A stretch of DNA of 63,924 bases, filler included, from Octopus bimaculoides (GCF_001194135.2; 6 parts of 6 records of this genome joined end to end with filler, not necessarily neighbours in it); one strand, 5' to 3'; shown: positions 50,803 to 63,659, counted from the first letter of the whole stretch. A program made the numbers and translations. The notes: generated by a model from the letters alone, not told the origin.

Positions 50803-52089
50803 ATGACTGTATGTAACCAGCTGCAGATTTAAATGCTTTCCACGACAAAGAAACACATCATTACAAAGGTTGTAAGATGTCGCAGTGCACTCAACTTTCG
50901 GTGCATGGTTTCTTTATAGCAGAAACAGTTGTAGGCCAATGAATGTGGTTTTTAATCTTATGAATTTTCGTGACTGGTGTTGTTATAAGTACCATTCTAC
51001 TTTTGACATCTCATATCTAGTGCGTTTTGTCCTTTTAAGGTCCTTGTATTTGAATTATTTCACATACCTTATAGGTGCTGCTTTCTACTGCGGGGATCGA
51101 CAAGTTTATCAGAATCCATAGGTTTTCTTTTCTATCTTCTATTTCAATATCTTGGCGGACTCGCTTTGAACTCTTTGTCAGTCTTAGGAAGCGTATTCCA
51201 GAGCATTTGTAACCAAATAATTCACTGGGTATGGAATGGACTGATGCGAACCGATCTGAGATACGAAAGCCCCTTCCTTTCAAATTATCTTAGAGATACA
51301 GCTACCCGCCTTAGCTATGCCTGTGAATATATTGTCTTTATAAACACTGGACAAATACTGAAACATGATGTTTTCCTCCATGTTTATCTGATGCATGGCG
51401 CTGGCGTTAGTTCCTTGTTGTTCTACTATTTTATTTTCATAATTTTCATAATTTTTTTCGTGAAAGGACTCTGGTTTTGCGTTGCTAAACCCAAGACCTT
51501 ACGTTTCTGCCTTTCGTCCAAACCTTTTGAGCCATTGTTAGCTTCTCTATTTATTTATATATTTTTCGCTGGCTCCCATTTTTATTTATTTATTTTATTT
51601 TTTTTTTTTTTGCCTTGCTATCTCGCAGGAAACGATAAGGGTTTTGTTTTTTGGGTTTTTTTAATATCTTTTGAAGATTTACTTTGGTTTTTATCTTTCC
51701 CTCCTCTCTTTTAGCATTTTCTCTTGTTTTGTTTTCATCGAAACCTTTTTCTTTTTTNNNNNNNNNNNNNNNNNNNNNNNNNNNNNNNNNNNNNNNNNNN
51801 NNNNNNNNNNNNNNNNNNNNNNNNNNNNNNNNNNNNNNNNNNNNNNNNNNNNNNNNNNNNNNNNNNNNNNNNNNNNNNNNNNNNNNNNNNNNNNNNNNNN
51901 NNNNNNNNNNNNNNNNNNNNNNNNNNNNNNNNNNNNNNNNNNNNNNNNNNNNNNNNNNNNNNNNNNNNNNNNNNNNNNNNNNNNNNNNNNNNNNNNNNNN
52001 NNNNNNNNNNNNNNNNNNNNNNNNNNNNNNNNNTATATATATATATATATATACCTATATGCATATGTACATATATGTGCGTGTGTATG

Positions 52090-52126
<37 letters not shown>

Positions 52127-53144
52127 TTATATGTATACACATATATGTATATTATTTATATTATATATATATACATACACACGCACAAGAATGCACATAT
52201 ACCTCCACACACACAGCCCCACGTTCACATACACTCACATACCCACGCACGCACACACGTATACACACGTATGCTTCTGGCAAATTGGAAAAAAAATCAG
52301 AAGCGTCGGTCGAACGAATTACCCTGCAGCGTTGATCCCGGGTTCATAGAATTACGAATTCAAATCTCGCCGAGGCCAACTTTACCGTTCGTCCTTTCGA
52401 GTTCGATGAATATAATACGGGTCTAGTGTAGCAGAAGTGGCGGAATCATCAGGGCACTTGACTGGACACCTGGAATTGTTTGGTCTAGCTCTTTGCTTTC
52501 TGAGTTCAAACGCCACCATTGCTCGCTTGTGTGATTCGCTTGATCCCTCGCTCGGTTTAACACCACCATCTGGCCCTTTGGTGTCTTTAACGGAATCCCT
52601 TCTGTTGCAATCAAAAACAAAAATATCTACGAGATAATGAGAAGACCTCTAAGTGGGTTGGCTACATGCTAGAGAAATAACAGCCTAATCTCTCTCAAGG
52701 CTTTGGCCAACCCAAGGCTATAGTAGAAAACACTTGGTTTCAGAATTTCAGGATATCTTCCTCCTTTCCACACTAATACCCACTAGTCTCAAAAGCCCTT
52801 AAAAGGGGTCAAGGCACTGCTATTCTTCTTAACAAAGACGATATTGTTCTCTGAATTCACTGTATCTACTGTCTAATAATTTTCTATTTGTGTCCGGCTC
52901 CGTAGTTTTTATCTGTCCAAATGAAATTTTCAGATGAAATAATCATCGCAGTGTGCTGTTAGTTGTCTTCTGATTTTCCTATATAAGCTCTTTAATACAC
53001 TTAAAATCAAGTTTATTATGTTGAAGTTCTAGTTTATGACACGCGTGGCTAATGTAGTTATACCTACAGTCTTATTGTTTGTATTGAGTTCGGTGTTTAA
53101 TGTCAGTCTGGGTCAGAGTAACTCCAACAATATGTGCGAGTGTG

Positions 53145-53590
53145 CAGACGTGGCTGTATGCTAAGAGGTTTGCTTCCCAACCACATGATTCCGGGTTCAG
53201 TCCCACTTCGTGGCACCTTCGGCAAGTGTCTTTCACTATAACCTCGGTCCGACCAAAGCCATATGAGTGGATATGGTAGACGGAAACTGAAAGAAACCTG
53301 TCGTATATGCATATGTGTGTGTGAGCGTATTTGTGTGTGTGACTGTGTGTGTATGTATCTTAATGAGTCTCCCACAACCGCTTGGCAACCAGTGTTGGTA
53401 TGTTTTCGTCCCCGTAACCTAGCGATTCAGCCGAAGGAACGTATAGAATAAGTAAGTACCAGGCTTTAAAAAAAGAAAAAGTACTAAAGTCGATCAGTTC
53501 CACAAAAATTCTTCAAGGCGATGCCTTCAAGAATTTTTGTCGAATTGATAACCTGGCCGCTATCTAACGACTGAAACAATTAAAAGAATA
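53145..53590 (+). mobile_element. SINE family A, full length, with internal fold-back
   Basis: Head to tail present; inverted segment at 53493-53549. Confidence 0.88.
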
Positions 53591-53604
53591 AAAACATTTT
53601 AATG

Positions 53605-53657
<53 letters not shown>

Positions 53658-53659
53658 GT

Positions 53660-53860
53660 ATGTGGGTGTTTGTATCTTTCCGCCAACTTGGCAACATGTT
53701 GGTTTTATCTACGTCCTCCTAACTGAGCGGTTCGGCGAAAGAGACCGCTGGATTAAGTACCAGACATTCAAGAGTAAATACTGGGATCGATTATTTCGGC
53801 TAAACCATTCAAAGCCGTGCTCCAGCAAAGCCGCACTCCAATGGCTGAAACAAGTAAGCG
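53660..53860 (+). mobile_element. SINE family A, 3' half
   Basis: GCGGTTCGGCGAAAGAGACCG...TAAGTACC...GATCGAT...ATGGCTGAAACAAGTAA. Confidence 0.75.
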
Positions 53861-55029
53861 AGAAACGAATATGGCGGAATCGGTAGAGCGCCAGGGGAAA
53901 TCATTGTCCTTAGTTATGTCCCTTGGCAGTTTTTATTTATTTGTTTATTTATTTGTTTATTTATTTATTCATTTAGTTCAAATCTCGCTTGATTCGACTT
54001 CGCTTTTCATTCTTCCAACGGTCGATAATACATGTAGTAGCAGTCAATAAGTACTGGCGATGATTTAATCAACCAGCACCGCCATCACCACCGCTTCTAA
54101 ATCGCCCATCACTGTCCTCGCCAACGTCTCCACCATCACCACCGGTAAAAATGTGTGTGTCCTTGTGCTTAAATTAGAAACAATTAATATTACAACAGCA
54201 GAAACATGCTTTGCTGATTAATCCAATGAGCGACATTATTGAAATCTATTCTAGAAGGACGTGGATTAAAAACAGAGAAAAAGTGCCGTGTTAGCTGTTT
54301 CCTATTTAAAAAGGCAAATATTTTGCCATATTCCAGCTTAATGTCTATTTTCCTTTACATTGAATTCAAGAAAATCGATTATTTCTAACGAAATAACAAT
54401 GTTACTTTTATGTAATAGAAATATTAATATCCAGAGTTGCCTGAATTTCTACGATAATATAAAATTTTCCACGCAAACAGGTTTCCGTTCTTTCTTCTCG
54501 TTTTCTTTTTTTGCGTTTTCTTTTTTCTTATTTTGAAAGGTGGAAGGTAGAAGGGGAAATATTAATATATATTAACCAATGAAATACTTTGGAAAGGACG
54601 AACTGTGTTTGAGAAGGTATAAGGTATGCGTAGGTATGGGGAAGTGGTGAAATATGGTGAATAGAAAACATCTACTGTTTAGGGCTGAGTCCTTCCATGG
54701 GACAATCTCCTGTTATTAAATTAAATCTTGTCAATTCAAATTGTCAGTTGGTTTATTTTAATTCTCGTTGCTGTGGGTAGTTAGTATTAGAATTTCAATA
54801 AGAGGTCAATGGTTCATGTCCCGTATCCAACAAACATTGCATTGTGTCACTGAAGAAAATGGTAATCTCTCAAAAATGTCAGTCCACTTAACTCCAAGCT
54901 GAGAACATATGGAAGCTACAAACGCTTCCATCGATCCAGATTTGACAAATTCTTTGCTATATTTGAATACTGTATTCAATTCCTGGGTGACTTTTGATAA
55001 TAAACAAGGGTTTTTTATCCAATGAAGTA

Positions 55030-55635
55030 GAGTTAGAGCGATTCTTCGATCTGAAAAGTTGGTTTTCTAAGTCTTCCAGCGGGAAAGACTACTAGCATCA
55101 TATCCAGGAAAGTGGAGAATTCTTTTACTTGGAACGTTGTTTGTAATTCCTTCTTGCAATAGACACAAGTGTCTTATATCTTGAAGAGGGGTGCGGAGGT
55201 GGGGTGTTAGTGTGATTTGTTGGCTGGAATTCCTGTTGTTAATTTATTCTGGGGGAAAATGCTACTTACAAGAGACACTAGCTCTTCTACCAGGACGGGG
55301 GAACTAGAGTGATTCTCTGGCTAGGAATGTTTTTAATTCCTTACATTGTAAGATCTACGTGCAACAGATTCTGGCGTCCTATCCAGTGGAGTATGGACTG
55401 AATAATTCTAATGCTAGGAATCTTTTTAGCTCCTCCTGAAAAAAAGAAAGGTATCTGCAATAGACACAAGTGTTCCATAGCGGAAGTGTAGAGGGCAAGA
55501 ACGATTCGTTGACTGGAAAGTTTGTATTTAACACCTCCTGCGGGAAAATTTACCTGTAAGGGACAGTAGAGTCTTATCCTATGAATTGGAGGTAGTGATC
55601 CGTTTTGGCTTGGAATGTTGTTTTACCTGCAAACG
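55030..55635. repeat. Degenerate tandem array, ~95-100 bp unit, about 6 copies
   Basis: Recurrent (CT/CTA/TT)GGAA...TTTT.ATTCC and CT(G/T)(C/T)AA.AGACAC.AG.GTCTT motifs. TGCAATAGACACAAGTGT is exact at 55155 and 55456. Confidence 0.65.
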
Positions 55636-55811
55636 AAAAGGAGTCACCTACGACATACTAATGTTGTATTTTAGAGGGTAATTTGTCTCTCAGTTGCTTC
55701 GTAAGTTAGAAACGGTTCATAGGCACCGATGCAGTTAACTGGGGGGGGGGGCGATTCATGAAAGGAACTGTTCTAATGTTATGATCTGGGACATGAAGAT
55801 GGCCTTGAATG

Positions 55812-56060
55812 ATATTACATCCCGAGGTGGAAAGCTGACAGAATCGTTAGCACGCCAGGCCAAAATGCTTAGCAGTAATTCATCAATCTTTAATGTTCTG
55901 AGTTCAAATTCCGCCGAAGTCAATTTTGCCTTTCATTCTTTCGGAGTCCATAAAATAAATAGCAGTTAAGCACCGGCATCGATGTGATCGATCTATCCGC
56001 CCCAACCCACCCCCAATCCGAAATTGCTGGCCTTGTGCCAAAATTTGAAACCAATATTAC
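55812..56060 (+). mobile_element. SINE family B, full length
   Basis: GAGGTGGAAAGCTGACAGAATCGTTAGCACGCC...GAGTTCAAATTCCGCCGAAGTC...GGCCTTGTGCCAAAATTTGAAACC. Confidence 0.88.
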
Positions 56061-56714
56061 AACGTTCTANNNNNNNNNNNNNNNNNNNNNNNNNNNNNNN
56101 NNNNNNNNNNNNNNNNNNNNNNNNNNNNNNNNNNNNNNNNNNNNNNNNNNNNNNNNNNNNNNNNNNNNNNNNNNNNNNNNNNNNNNNNNNNNNNNNNNNN
56201 NNNNNNNNNNNNNNNNNNNNNNNNNNNNNNNNNNNNNNNNNNNNNNNNNNNNNNNNNNNNNNNNNNNNNNNNNNNNNNNNNNNNNNNNNNNNNNNNNNNN
56301 NNNNNNNNNNNNNNNNNNNNNNNNNNNNNNNNNNNNNNNNNNNNNNNNNNNNNNNNNNNNNNNNNNNNNNNNNNNNNNNNNNNNNNNNNNNNNNNNNNNN
56401 NNNNNNNNNNNNNNNNNNNNNNNNNNNNNNNNNNNNNNNNNNNNNNNNNNNNNNNNNNNNNNNNNNNNNNNNNNNNNNNNNNNNNNNNNNNNNNNNNNNN
56501 NNNNNNNNNNNNNNNNNNNNNNNNNNNNNNNNNNNNNNNNNNNNNNNNNNNNNNNNNNNNNNNNNNNNNNNNNNNNNNNNNNNNNNNNNNNNNNNNNNNN
56601 NNNNNNNNNNNNNNNNNNNNNNNNNNATATATAATAAAAGAGAGATGCTGTCCGTTTGTTTGGTTGTCCACCAAAATGAAACTAAATGATTCAGAGGAAG
56701 CTATTATGCTTTTT

Positions 56715-56753
<39 letters not shown>

Positions 56754-56819
56754 CGAAATTCTGTCTCTTTCTTTCTCCGGCAAAAGGAAAGTACATGGTT
56801 CAAGGGAAACTATTATACT

Positions 56820-57680
56820 ATTGTCTAATTTCTAACACTCAAATCAATATGTAATTCAATTGATTCGGTCGATGATTTGGTGGATGAAATCTTTCCTAAT
56901 CTTCTTCATAATTGAAACAATACACATTGAATCTGTGAGCAACCTATCCCGGCTCCAAAAGATGTTGCTGTACATAGCATTAATAATACGCTATTGAATA
57001 AACTTCCAAGAGAATTATTCACTTATAACTCAATTGGCTGTGGTGTTGATGAACAGGATATTGCTAACTACCCCCATCGAATTTTTGAACTCGCTAGAAC
57101 CACCAGATACAGCTCCTCATTGTCTTCAGCCTAAAAAATGGACTCCTATTATACTATTACATAATTTGCTCAACCAAAATCATGCAATGGTACAAGATTA
57201 ATTGTGCACAAACTTATGACGAAGTGCATTGAGGCAAATATTATCACTGGTTGTGGTAAAGGTGAGACCGTTTTTATTCCTCGCATTCCAGTTATATCAT
57301 CTAAAGTCCCATTCCAATTTAAGCGGTTACAGTTTCCTATCCCACTTTCTTTTGCCGTTATCATTAATAAAATTCAGGGCCAACCATTCAAAGCTGGTGC
57401 ATTACAACTTACACAGCCACGCTTTTCCCATGATCAACTTTATGTAAGAACATTATGCGTGAGAGCAAAAACAAATATTTCTGCTTATGCCAACCCCCGA
57501 AATAAAACAAGAAACATTGTTTATAAAGAAATATTCACACTTAATGCAACATAAATACTTCAACAACTTAATTTACCATTACTATCATTACATCCAAGAA
57601 TGAGTAAATTACCTATTTCAATGAACTGTAACTGTCATTACTGTATTAATAAATGAAATAACACGTACAACGCACTTAGT
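56820..57680 (+). mobile_element. Helitron 3' fragment: decayed PIF1-family helicase C-terminus and terminal remnant
   Basis: APKDVAVHSINNTLLNKLP, NYP/EFLNSLEPP, CNGTRLIVHKLMTKCIEANIITGCGKGETVFIPRIP, FKRLQFPI.LSFAVIINKIQGQ, FSHDQLYV, KTRNIVYKEIF. Ends ACACGTACAACGCACTTAG|T. Confidence 0.9.
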
Positions 57681-57718
57681 ATTGTGATATATTAAACAAA
57701 CACAGGTTCATGCATGAA

Positions 57719-57760
57719 ATTGAGCCACGAATGTGTTAATTGAGCCACGAATGTGTTAAT
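57719..57760. repeat. Exact 20-bp tandem duplication
   Basis: TGAGCCACGAATGTGTTAAT x2. Confidence 0.95.
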
Positions 57761-57861
57761 CTGCCTGATTTGAACCTTTCCTATTTTATCGTTTATACTT
57801 GTCCAGCGCCTCGGGTTCGACTTGAGCACATCTACGCTATCTATGTTTTTCGAAAGAAAAT

Positions 57862-57921
<60 letters not shown>

Positions 57922-58295
57922 TGTAGCTTGCTTACCAACCACATGGTTCCGGGTTCAGTCCCACTGCGTGGCACCTTGGGCAAGTGTCTTCTACTATAGC
58001 CTCGGGCCGACCAAAGCCTTGTGAGTGGATTTGGTAGACGGAAACTGAAAGAATCCTGTCGTATATATGTACATATATATATGTGTTTGTGTGTCTGTGT
58101 TTGTCCCCCCCCCCCACCATCGCTTGACAACCGATGCTGGTGTGTTTACGTCCCCGTAACCTAGCGGTTCGGCAAAAAGAGACCGATAGAATAAGTACTA
58201 GGCTTACAAAGAATAAGTCCTGGGGTCGATTTCTTCGACTAAAGGCGGTGCTCCACCATGGCCGCAATCAAATGAATGACACAAGTAAAAGAATA
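57922..58295 (+). mobile_element. SINE family A, young copy lacking the first ~20 bp
   Basis: Very close to 2513-2856 and 50403-50802. Confidence 0.92.
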
Positions 58296-58676
58296 AATGA
58301 CAAGGCTCCGTTCATTTTCATTCAATAAAAAAGGGAAGTTATTTGAAGATTTGCGGACACATTTAATCATGGTAATGAACTCTGTAAGTTTATTTCCTGA
58401 GTAGTCTCCCTTTGCTATATCTTTTTAGCAACTAATTTTGAAAATGAATAAAGTAACGATGGGAGTTTTGTTTTTGTTCAGTACAAGTTTAGTCCGTATC
58501 AAGCAATTCAATGGTGGAAGGCGTTCCACCCGTGGCAATTCCATTTTATTTTTGTATATCAGAGATAACATTGTCTAGTATATCCTAATTCCTTATGGTA
58601 GGTGGGTGCGACTTGAGGGAGATTTAACTGCTATTTCTAACAGAAGTGATTTCCAACGTTGTTGTGAGTTCGTCTT

Positions 58677-58711
<35 letters not shown>

Positions 58712-58871
58712 TGTGTGTGTGTGTGTGTGTGTGCGTGCGCGTGCGTGTGCGCGCGCGTTTCCCCTTCGCTTTTCAAGGCGGTGACTAGAAACTTAAGAGT
58801 GATTTAGCTGCTATTTCTAGTAACCAGGCAGAGACTCCTTCGCTGGATGTCAATAATTTATTGTGGGCGGT

Positions 58872-58960
58872 CAGGGCCGGCCCTATGGTTGCTGGCGCCC
58901 CGGACAAGCGCCCTTACATGTATAATTTTTTAAAACTTTCACCAGGAGAACAACTGTGAG
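58872..58960 (+). mobile_element. Possible hAT (Tip100-like) terminal fragment, cut by gap
   Basis: GC-rich start CAGGGCCGGCCCT...GGCGCCCCGG, resembling Tip100-type TIRs; the other end is not visible. Confidence 0.4.
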
Positions 58961-59694
58961 NNNNNNNNNNNNNNNNNNNNNNNNNNNNNNNNNNNNNNNN
59001 NNNNNNNNNNNNNNNNNNNNNNNNNNNNNNNNNNNNNNNNNNNNNNNNNNNNNNNNNNNNNNNNNNNNNNNNNNNNNNNNNNNNNNNNNNNNNNNNNNNN
59101 NNNNNNNNNNNNNNNNNNNNNNNNNNNNNNNNNNNNNNNNNNNNNNNNNNNNNNNNNNNNNNNNNNNNNNNNNNNNNNNNNNNNNNNNNNNNNNNNNNNN
59201 NNNNNNNNNNNNNNNNNNNNNNNNNNNNNNNNNNNNNNNNNNNNNNNNNNNNNNNNNNNNNNNNNNNNNNNNNNNNNNNNNNNNNNNNNNNNNNNNNNNN
59301 NNNNNNNNNNNNNNNNNNNNNNNNNNNNNNNNNNNNNNNNNNNNNNNNNNNNNNNNNNNNNNNNNNNNNNNNNNNNNNNNNNNNNNNNNNNNNNNNNNNN
59401 NNNNNNNNNNNNNNNNNNNNNNNNNNNNNNNNNNNNNNNNNNNNNNNNNNNNNNNNNNNNNNNNNNNNNNNNNNNNNNNNNNNNNNNNNNNNNNNNNNNN
59501 NNNNNNNNNNNNNNNNNNNNNNNNNNNNNNNNNNNNNNNNNNNNNNNNNNNNNNNNNNNNNNNNNNNNNNNNNNNNNNNNNNNNNNNNNNNNNNNNNNNN
59601 NNNNNNNNNNNNNNNNNNNNNNNNNNNNNNNNNNNNNNNNNNNNNNNTTTTTTTTTGAAAGAAAACCAGTATGGTGCAAGTAGGGTGAATTTAG

Positions 59695-59810
59695 CGAAAG
59701 GTCGTGAGCTGGCAGAATCGTTAGAACGCCGGGCAAAATACTTAGCGGCGTTTCGTCCATCTTTACGTTCTGAGTTCAAATTCCGCTGAGGTCGACTTTG
59801 CCTTTCAATT
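59695..59810 (+). mobile_element. SINE family B, 5' half
   Basis: GGTCGTGAGCTGGCAGAATCGTTAGAACGCCGGGC...GAGGTCGACTTTGCCTTTCA. Confidence 0.88.
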
Positions 59811-59846
59811 TGAAACCAATATTATATTATATAAGCTATATATAAA

Positions 59847-60158
59847 CTGGCACTCCGTCAGTTACGACGACGAGCGTTCTAGTTGATCCAATCAACAGAA
59901 CAGCCTGCTCATTAAATTAAGATGCAAGTGGCTGAGCACTCCACAGACACATGTATTCTTAACGTAGTTCTCAGGTAGATTCAGCGTGACACAAGTGCCA
60001 CTAGGCTGGCCCTTTGAAATACAGGCACAACTGATTATTACCAGCTGAGTAAACTGAAGCAACGTAAAATAGTGTCTAGCTCAAAGACACAACGCGTCGC
60101 TGGGAATTGAACTCATGACCTCACGATCGTGGGCCGAGTAAACTAACCACCAAGCCAC
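59847..60158 (-). mobile_element. SINE family C, full length
   Basis: Reverse complement of 101-415. Confidence 0.85.
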
Positions 60159-60414
60159 ACACCTTTCCCAGATTTGAGTGTGTGTATGTTCTAAATTAAT
60201 TGCCCCACTCACCACAAATTTCAGGCCTTGTGCCTATAGTTGAAAGGATTATTATTATTATNNNNNNNNNNNNNNNNNNNNNNNNNNNNNNNNNNNNNNN
60301 NNNNNNNNNNNNNNNNNNNNNNNNNNNNNNNNNNNNNNNNNNNNNNNNNNNNNNNNNNNNNATATATATATATATATATATGTGTGTATGTATGTATATG
60401 TATATTTGTATATA

Positions 60415-60810
60415 TATCTTTTACTTGCTTCAGTCATTTCACTGCAGCCATGCTGGAGCACCGCTTTTAGTCAAACAAATCGACCTCGGGACTTATTCTT
60501 TGGGAGCCTAGTACTTATGTCGGTCGCTTTTGCCGAACAGCTAAGTTATGGGGCACATGAACACACCAACACCGCTTGTCAAAGTGATGGAGTGAGGAAC
60601 AAAGACAGACACAGACACATACGCACACACACATATATATATATATATACGGCAGGCTTCTTTCAGTTTCCGTCTTCCAAATCCAGTCACAAGGCTTTGG
60701 TCGCCCTAAGGAAGGCTATAGCAGATATCACTCGCCCAAAGTGCCACACAGTGGGACTGAACCTGGAACCATGTTGTTGGTAAGCAAGCTTCTTATCACC
60801 AAGCCACTGC
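60415..60810 (-). mobile_element. SINE family A, full length
   Basis: TTTTACTTGCTTCAGTCATTTCACTGCAGCCATGCTGGAGCACCGC ... GTAAGCAAGCTTCTTATCACCAAGCCAC. Confidence 0.9.
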
Positions 60811-60840
60811 TCATATATGAATATCTATATTTATATATAG

Positions 60841-60871
<31 letters not shown>

Positions 60872-61505
60872 GAAGAGTGAGAGAGATGGGGAAATCAGTC
60901 GGTCGGTTTCGACTATGAGGAATCTGGCGTTTGATCAAAGCAGATGAATTACATGCTCATTGAATTAATGTGTAAGTGGCTGAGTATTCCATAGACATGT
61001 GCCTCCATAACATTATTCTCAGGCAGAATCGATGTGCAATTGTATGACACATTCATACCTTTGGATCACACATACAATCCACTCGACAACCTTCACTACA
61101 ATTTCTGCCCACACCCATTTTCACTCATGATGTATGAATCAGCCTGAAGCTATAGAAAAGTTATATTTGTGCGAGGAGCCAGTAGTTGCGAAGAGAACAT
61201 CATAACTATTCAACCGTGTGTGAAATTAAATAAAAAAAAAAAAAGAGAGGAAAAAAAAACAAATAGGTATACAAACAAAACAAAAGCAAAAAAATAATCA
61301 ATTCAAAAAAAGCAAAACATTTTTGTGGTTTGATTAATTTTAATAATCAAAATGTTATAATGATTAAATTGGAATTGATCAACCAAGCCATGTAAATGCA
61401 TTCTTCCTTTTTATTATTATCATTATTAATAAAGATTGAATTTAACCAATCAAGATGTTATNNNNNNNNNNNNNNNNNNNNNNNNNNNNNNNNNNNNNNN
61501 NNNNN

Positions 61506-61517
61506 TTAATTAATTAA
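61506..61517. other. Artificial scaffold linker
   Basis: TTAATTAATTAA between N runs. Confidence 0.9.
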
Positions 61518-62289
61518 NNNNNNNNNNNNNNNNNNNNNNNNNNNNNNNNNNNNNNNNNNNNCGCATGCTGTTTTAGAGAAAAAGTAGTACGGATAATACT
61601 GGTAAGTCGTTCAGTTATTTCCCTTGAATATTTTTATTTATTTCTTTTACCTCTCGAAACTGGAAGATTACGCCTAAAAATATACGTTTTGTGATTTTCG
61701 AAACGATTGAACTGGTTCTACTATAAATGAATTTTCACAACTGTTGAAATACACTCTTTATTTCAATTAATTTCAAAATATAATGAAGAACACTGTAAAA
61801 TATTTTTGTCATTATTAAGCTAATTTTAATGAGTAATTTTAGAGTCAAGAGCGAAATAGGGCGGGGCGGGTTGGTGTCAACTGTGATTCGCAAAAAAGGA
61901 TTTTGAAGGGAGATAATTCAGAGAAAACAATTTTATAAGGGAGTTAACTCTGACTGATTGTTTTTTTTTATTTACATTTTCGTCTCGTGTTTGTGGACAA
62001 CGAGGAATCAATAATTAATTTTAATATAGGCTTTGCTGTTGTTTGATCCTATCACAAGGTGTGGTACTTTATTTTATCGACCTTGAGTGATACTCAACCG
62101 TCTTGAAAAATAGGAGAGACAAGAAGATAAATGTAGCTCTAAATACATTGCCAGGAGAAAAAAAGACCGGATGGTCGTCGTCGAAACATCTTTGGTTTTG
62201 AGTTCGTTCAGTGCAAGCTGATGTTGCTAGACAAAACCACAGTTATCAACAACAAGCCTCGATGAGGTTGTTCCCTCGTGATAGAAATA

Positions 62290-62590
62290 GTACTTCTTCT
62301 TTTCTTAAGTCTGGTATTTATTCTATTGGTCACTTTGCTGAACTGCTAAGTTACAGGAACATAAACACACCAACACCAGTTGTCAAGCGATTGTGAGGGA
62401 CAAACAAAGACACACACACACACACACACATATATATGATGGCCTTCTTTCAGTTTCCGTCTTCTAGATCCACTCACAAGGCTTTGGTCAGCCAAAGGCT
62501 ATATTAGAAAACACTTGCCCAAGGTTCCACACTGTGGGAATGAAGCTGGAACCATGTCATTGGGAAGCAAACTTCTTACCACACAGAAAT
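62290..62590 (-). mobile_element. SINE family A, lacking the 3' tail
   Basis: CACCAACACCAGTTGTCAAGCGA...GGGAAGCAAACTTCTTACCACACAG. Confidence 0.88.
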
Positions 62591-62629
62591 GCCTGTGCTT
62601 GTTTACAAAATATAAATAGAAACACATAA

Positions 62630-62830
62630 ATAAACAAGAGCACTGAGAGGGTGCGAACCTCTGCCAAGGCAACACTAACATCTCAACGATTAGCTGGGGA
62701 TGCTGCCAGTGACAAGGCCAAACGTCCCTGAATCCATCCTGCAGTTCTTGAGATATCTTGTCCACGGACAAACAGACAAACAAACACGACTGAGAACAAT
62801 ACCGCCATCTTTGCTGAGGCAGACGTAATA
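62630..62830 (+). mobile_element. Probable Helentron-associated (HINE/DINE-like) non-autonomous element, internally deleted
   Basis: AACCTCTGCCAAGGCAAC left end; TTCTTGAGATATCTTG..ACGGACAAACAGACAAACAAAC simple-repeat block; degenerate terminal stem-loop CCGCCATCTTTGCTGAGGCAG. Confidence 0.45.
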
Positions 62831-63194
62831 ATTAAATAAATAAATAAATAAAACAAACAGTTTTGATATCGTTTGATATATGTTTTTTTTTTCATAGCTT
62901 TAAATTTTTTTCCCCTTTATTTATGAGTTATTTCCATCCATACATTAATTGTCAAAATTATAATTTACAGATAATAATAATAAAAAAAAAAATGACATTT
63001 TTATCAAAAAAACCCAAAAGACAAACAAACAATTATATGTCCCTCTCTTACCAGAAAGTCACACTAAGAACAAAAAAAAAATATCAGTTAAAAATTAAAA
63101 AAAAAATTAAAAAACCCCAATATATTTTTCTGATTTTTGTTATTGTGATTTCAGTTATGTTTAGAAAAAAAAGGTTTTATATCTTTTAAATAAT

Positions 63195-63659
63195 AATAAT
63201 AATATTTTCTACTATAGGCACAAGGCCTGAAATTTATAGTAGGTGTTAATCAATAACATTGACCCCAGTGTGTAACTGGTACTTATTTCATCAACCTTGA
63301 ATGCATGAAAGGCAAAGTAAACCTCGGCAGAATTTGAACTCGGAACATACAAGACAGACGAAATGCCATTAAGCATTTTGTCTAGCATGCTAAAGATTGT
63401 GCCAGCTCACTGCCTTTATAATAATAATAATAATAATAATCCTTTCTACTATAGGCACAAGGCCTGAAATCTGGGGGTAAGGGGTTAGTTGATTACATCG
63501 GCCCCATTGATACTTTTTTCATCGACTCCCCCGCCCAAAAGGATGAAAGGCAAAGTCAACCTTGGCGGAATTTGAACTTAGAACGTACAGATGGACGAAA
63601 TGTCGCGAAGCATTTTGCCCGGTGTGCTAACGGTTCTGCCAGCATGCCGCCTTAATGAC

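Noticed and set aside
50830-51450. Possible CR1/L2 LINE C-terminal remnant (minus strand LWNTLP)
   Set aside because: Only one short motif; I could not recover flanking RT motifs.
55548-55645. Two further minus-strand AG|GTAAA juxtapositions (about 55554 and 55627), and AAG|GTAAGT at 6488 (plus)
   Set aside because: Weaker donors lying inside the degenerate tandem array, or inside a decayed SINE with a poor pyrimidine tract.
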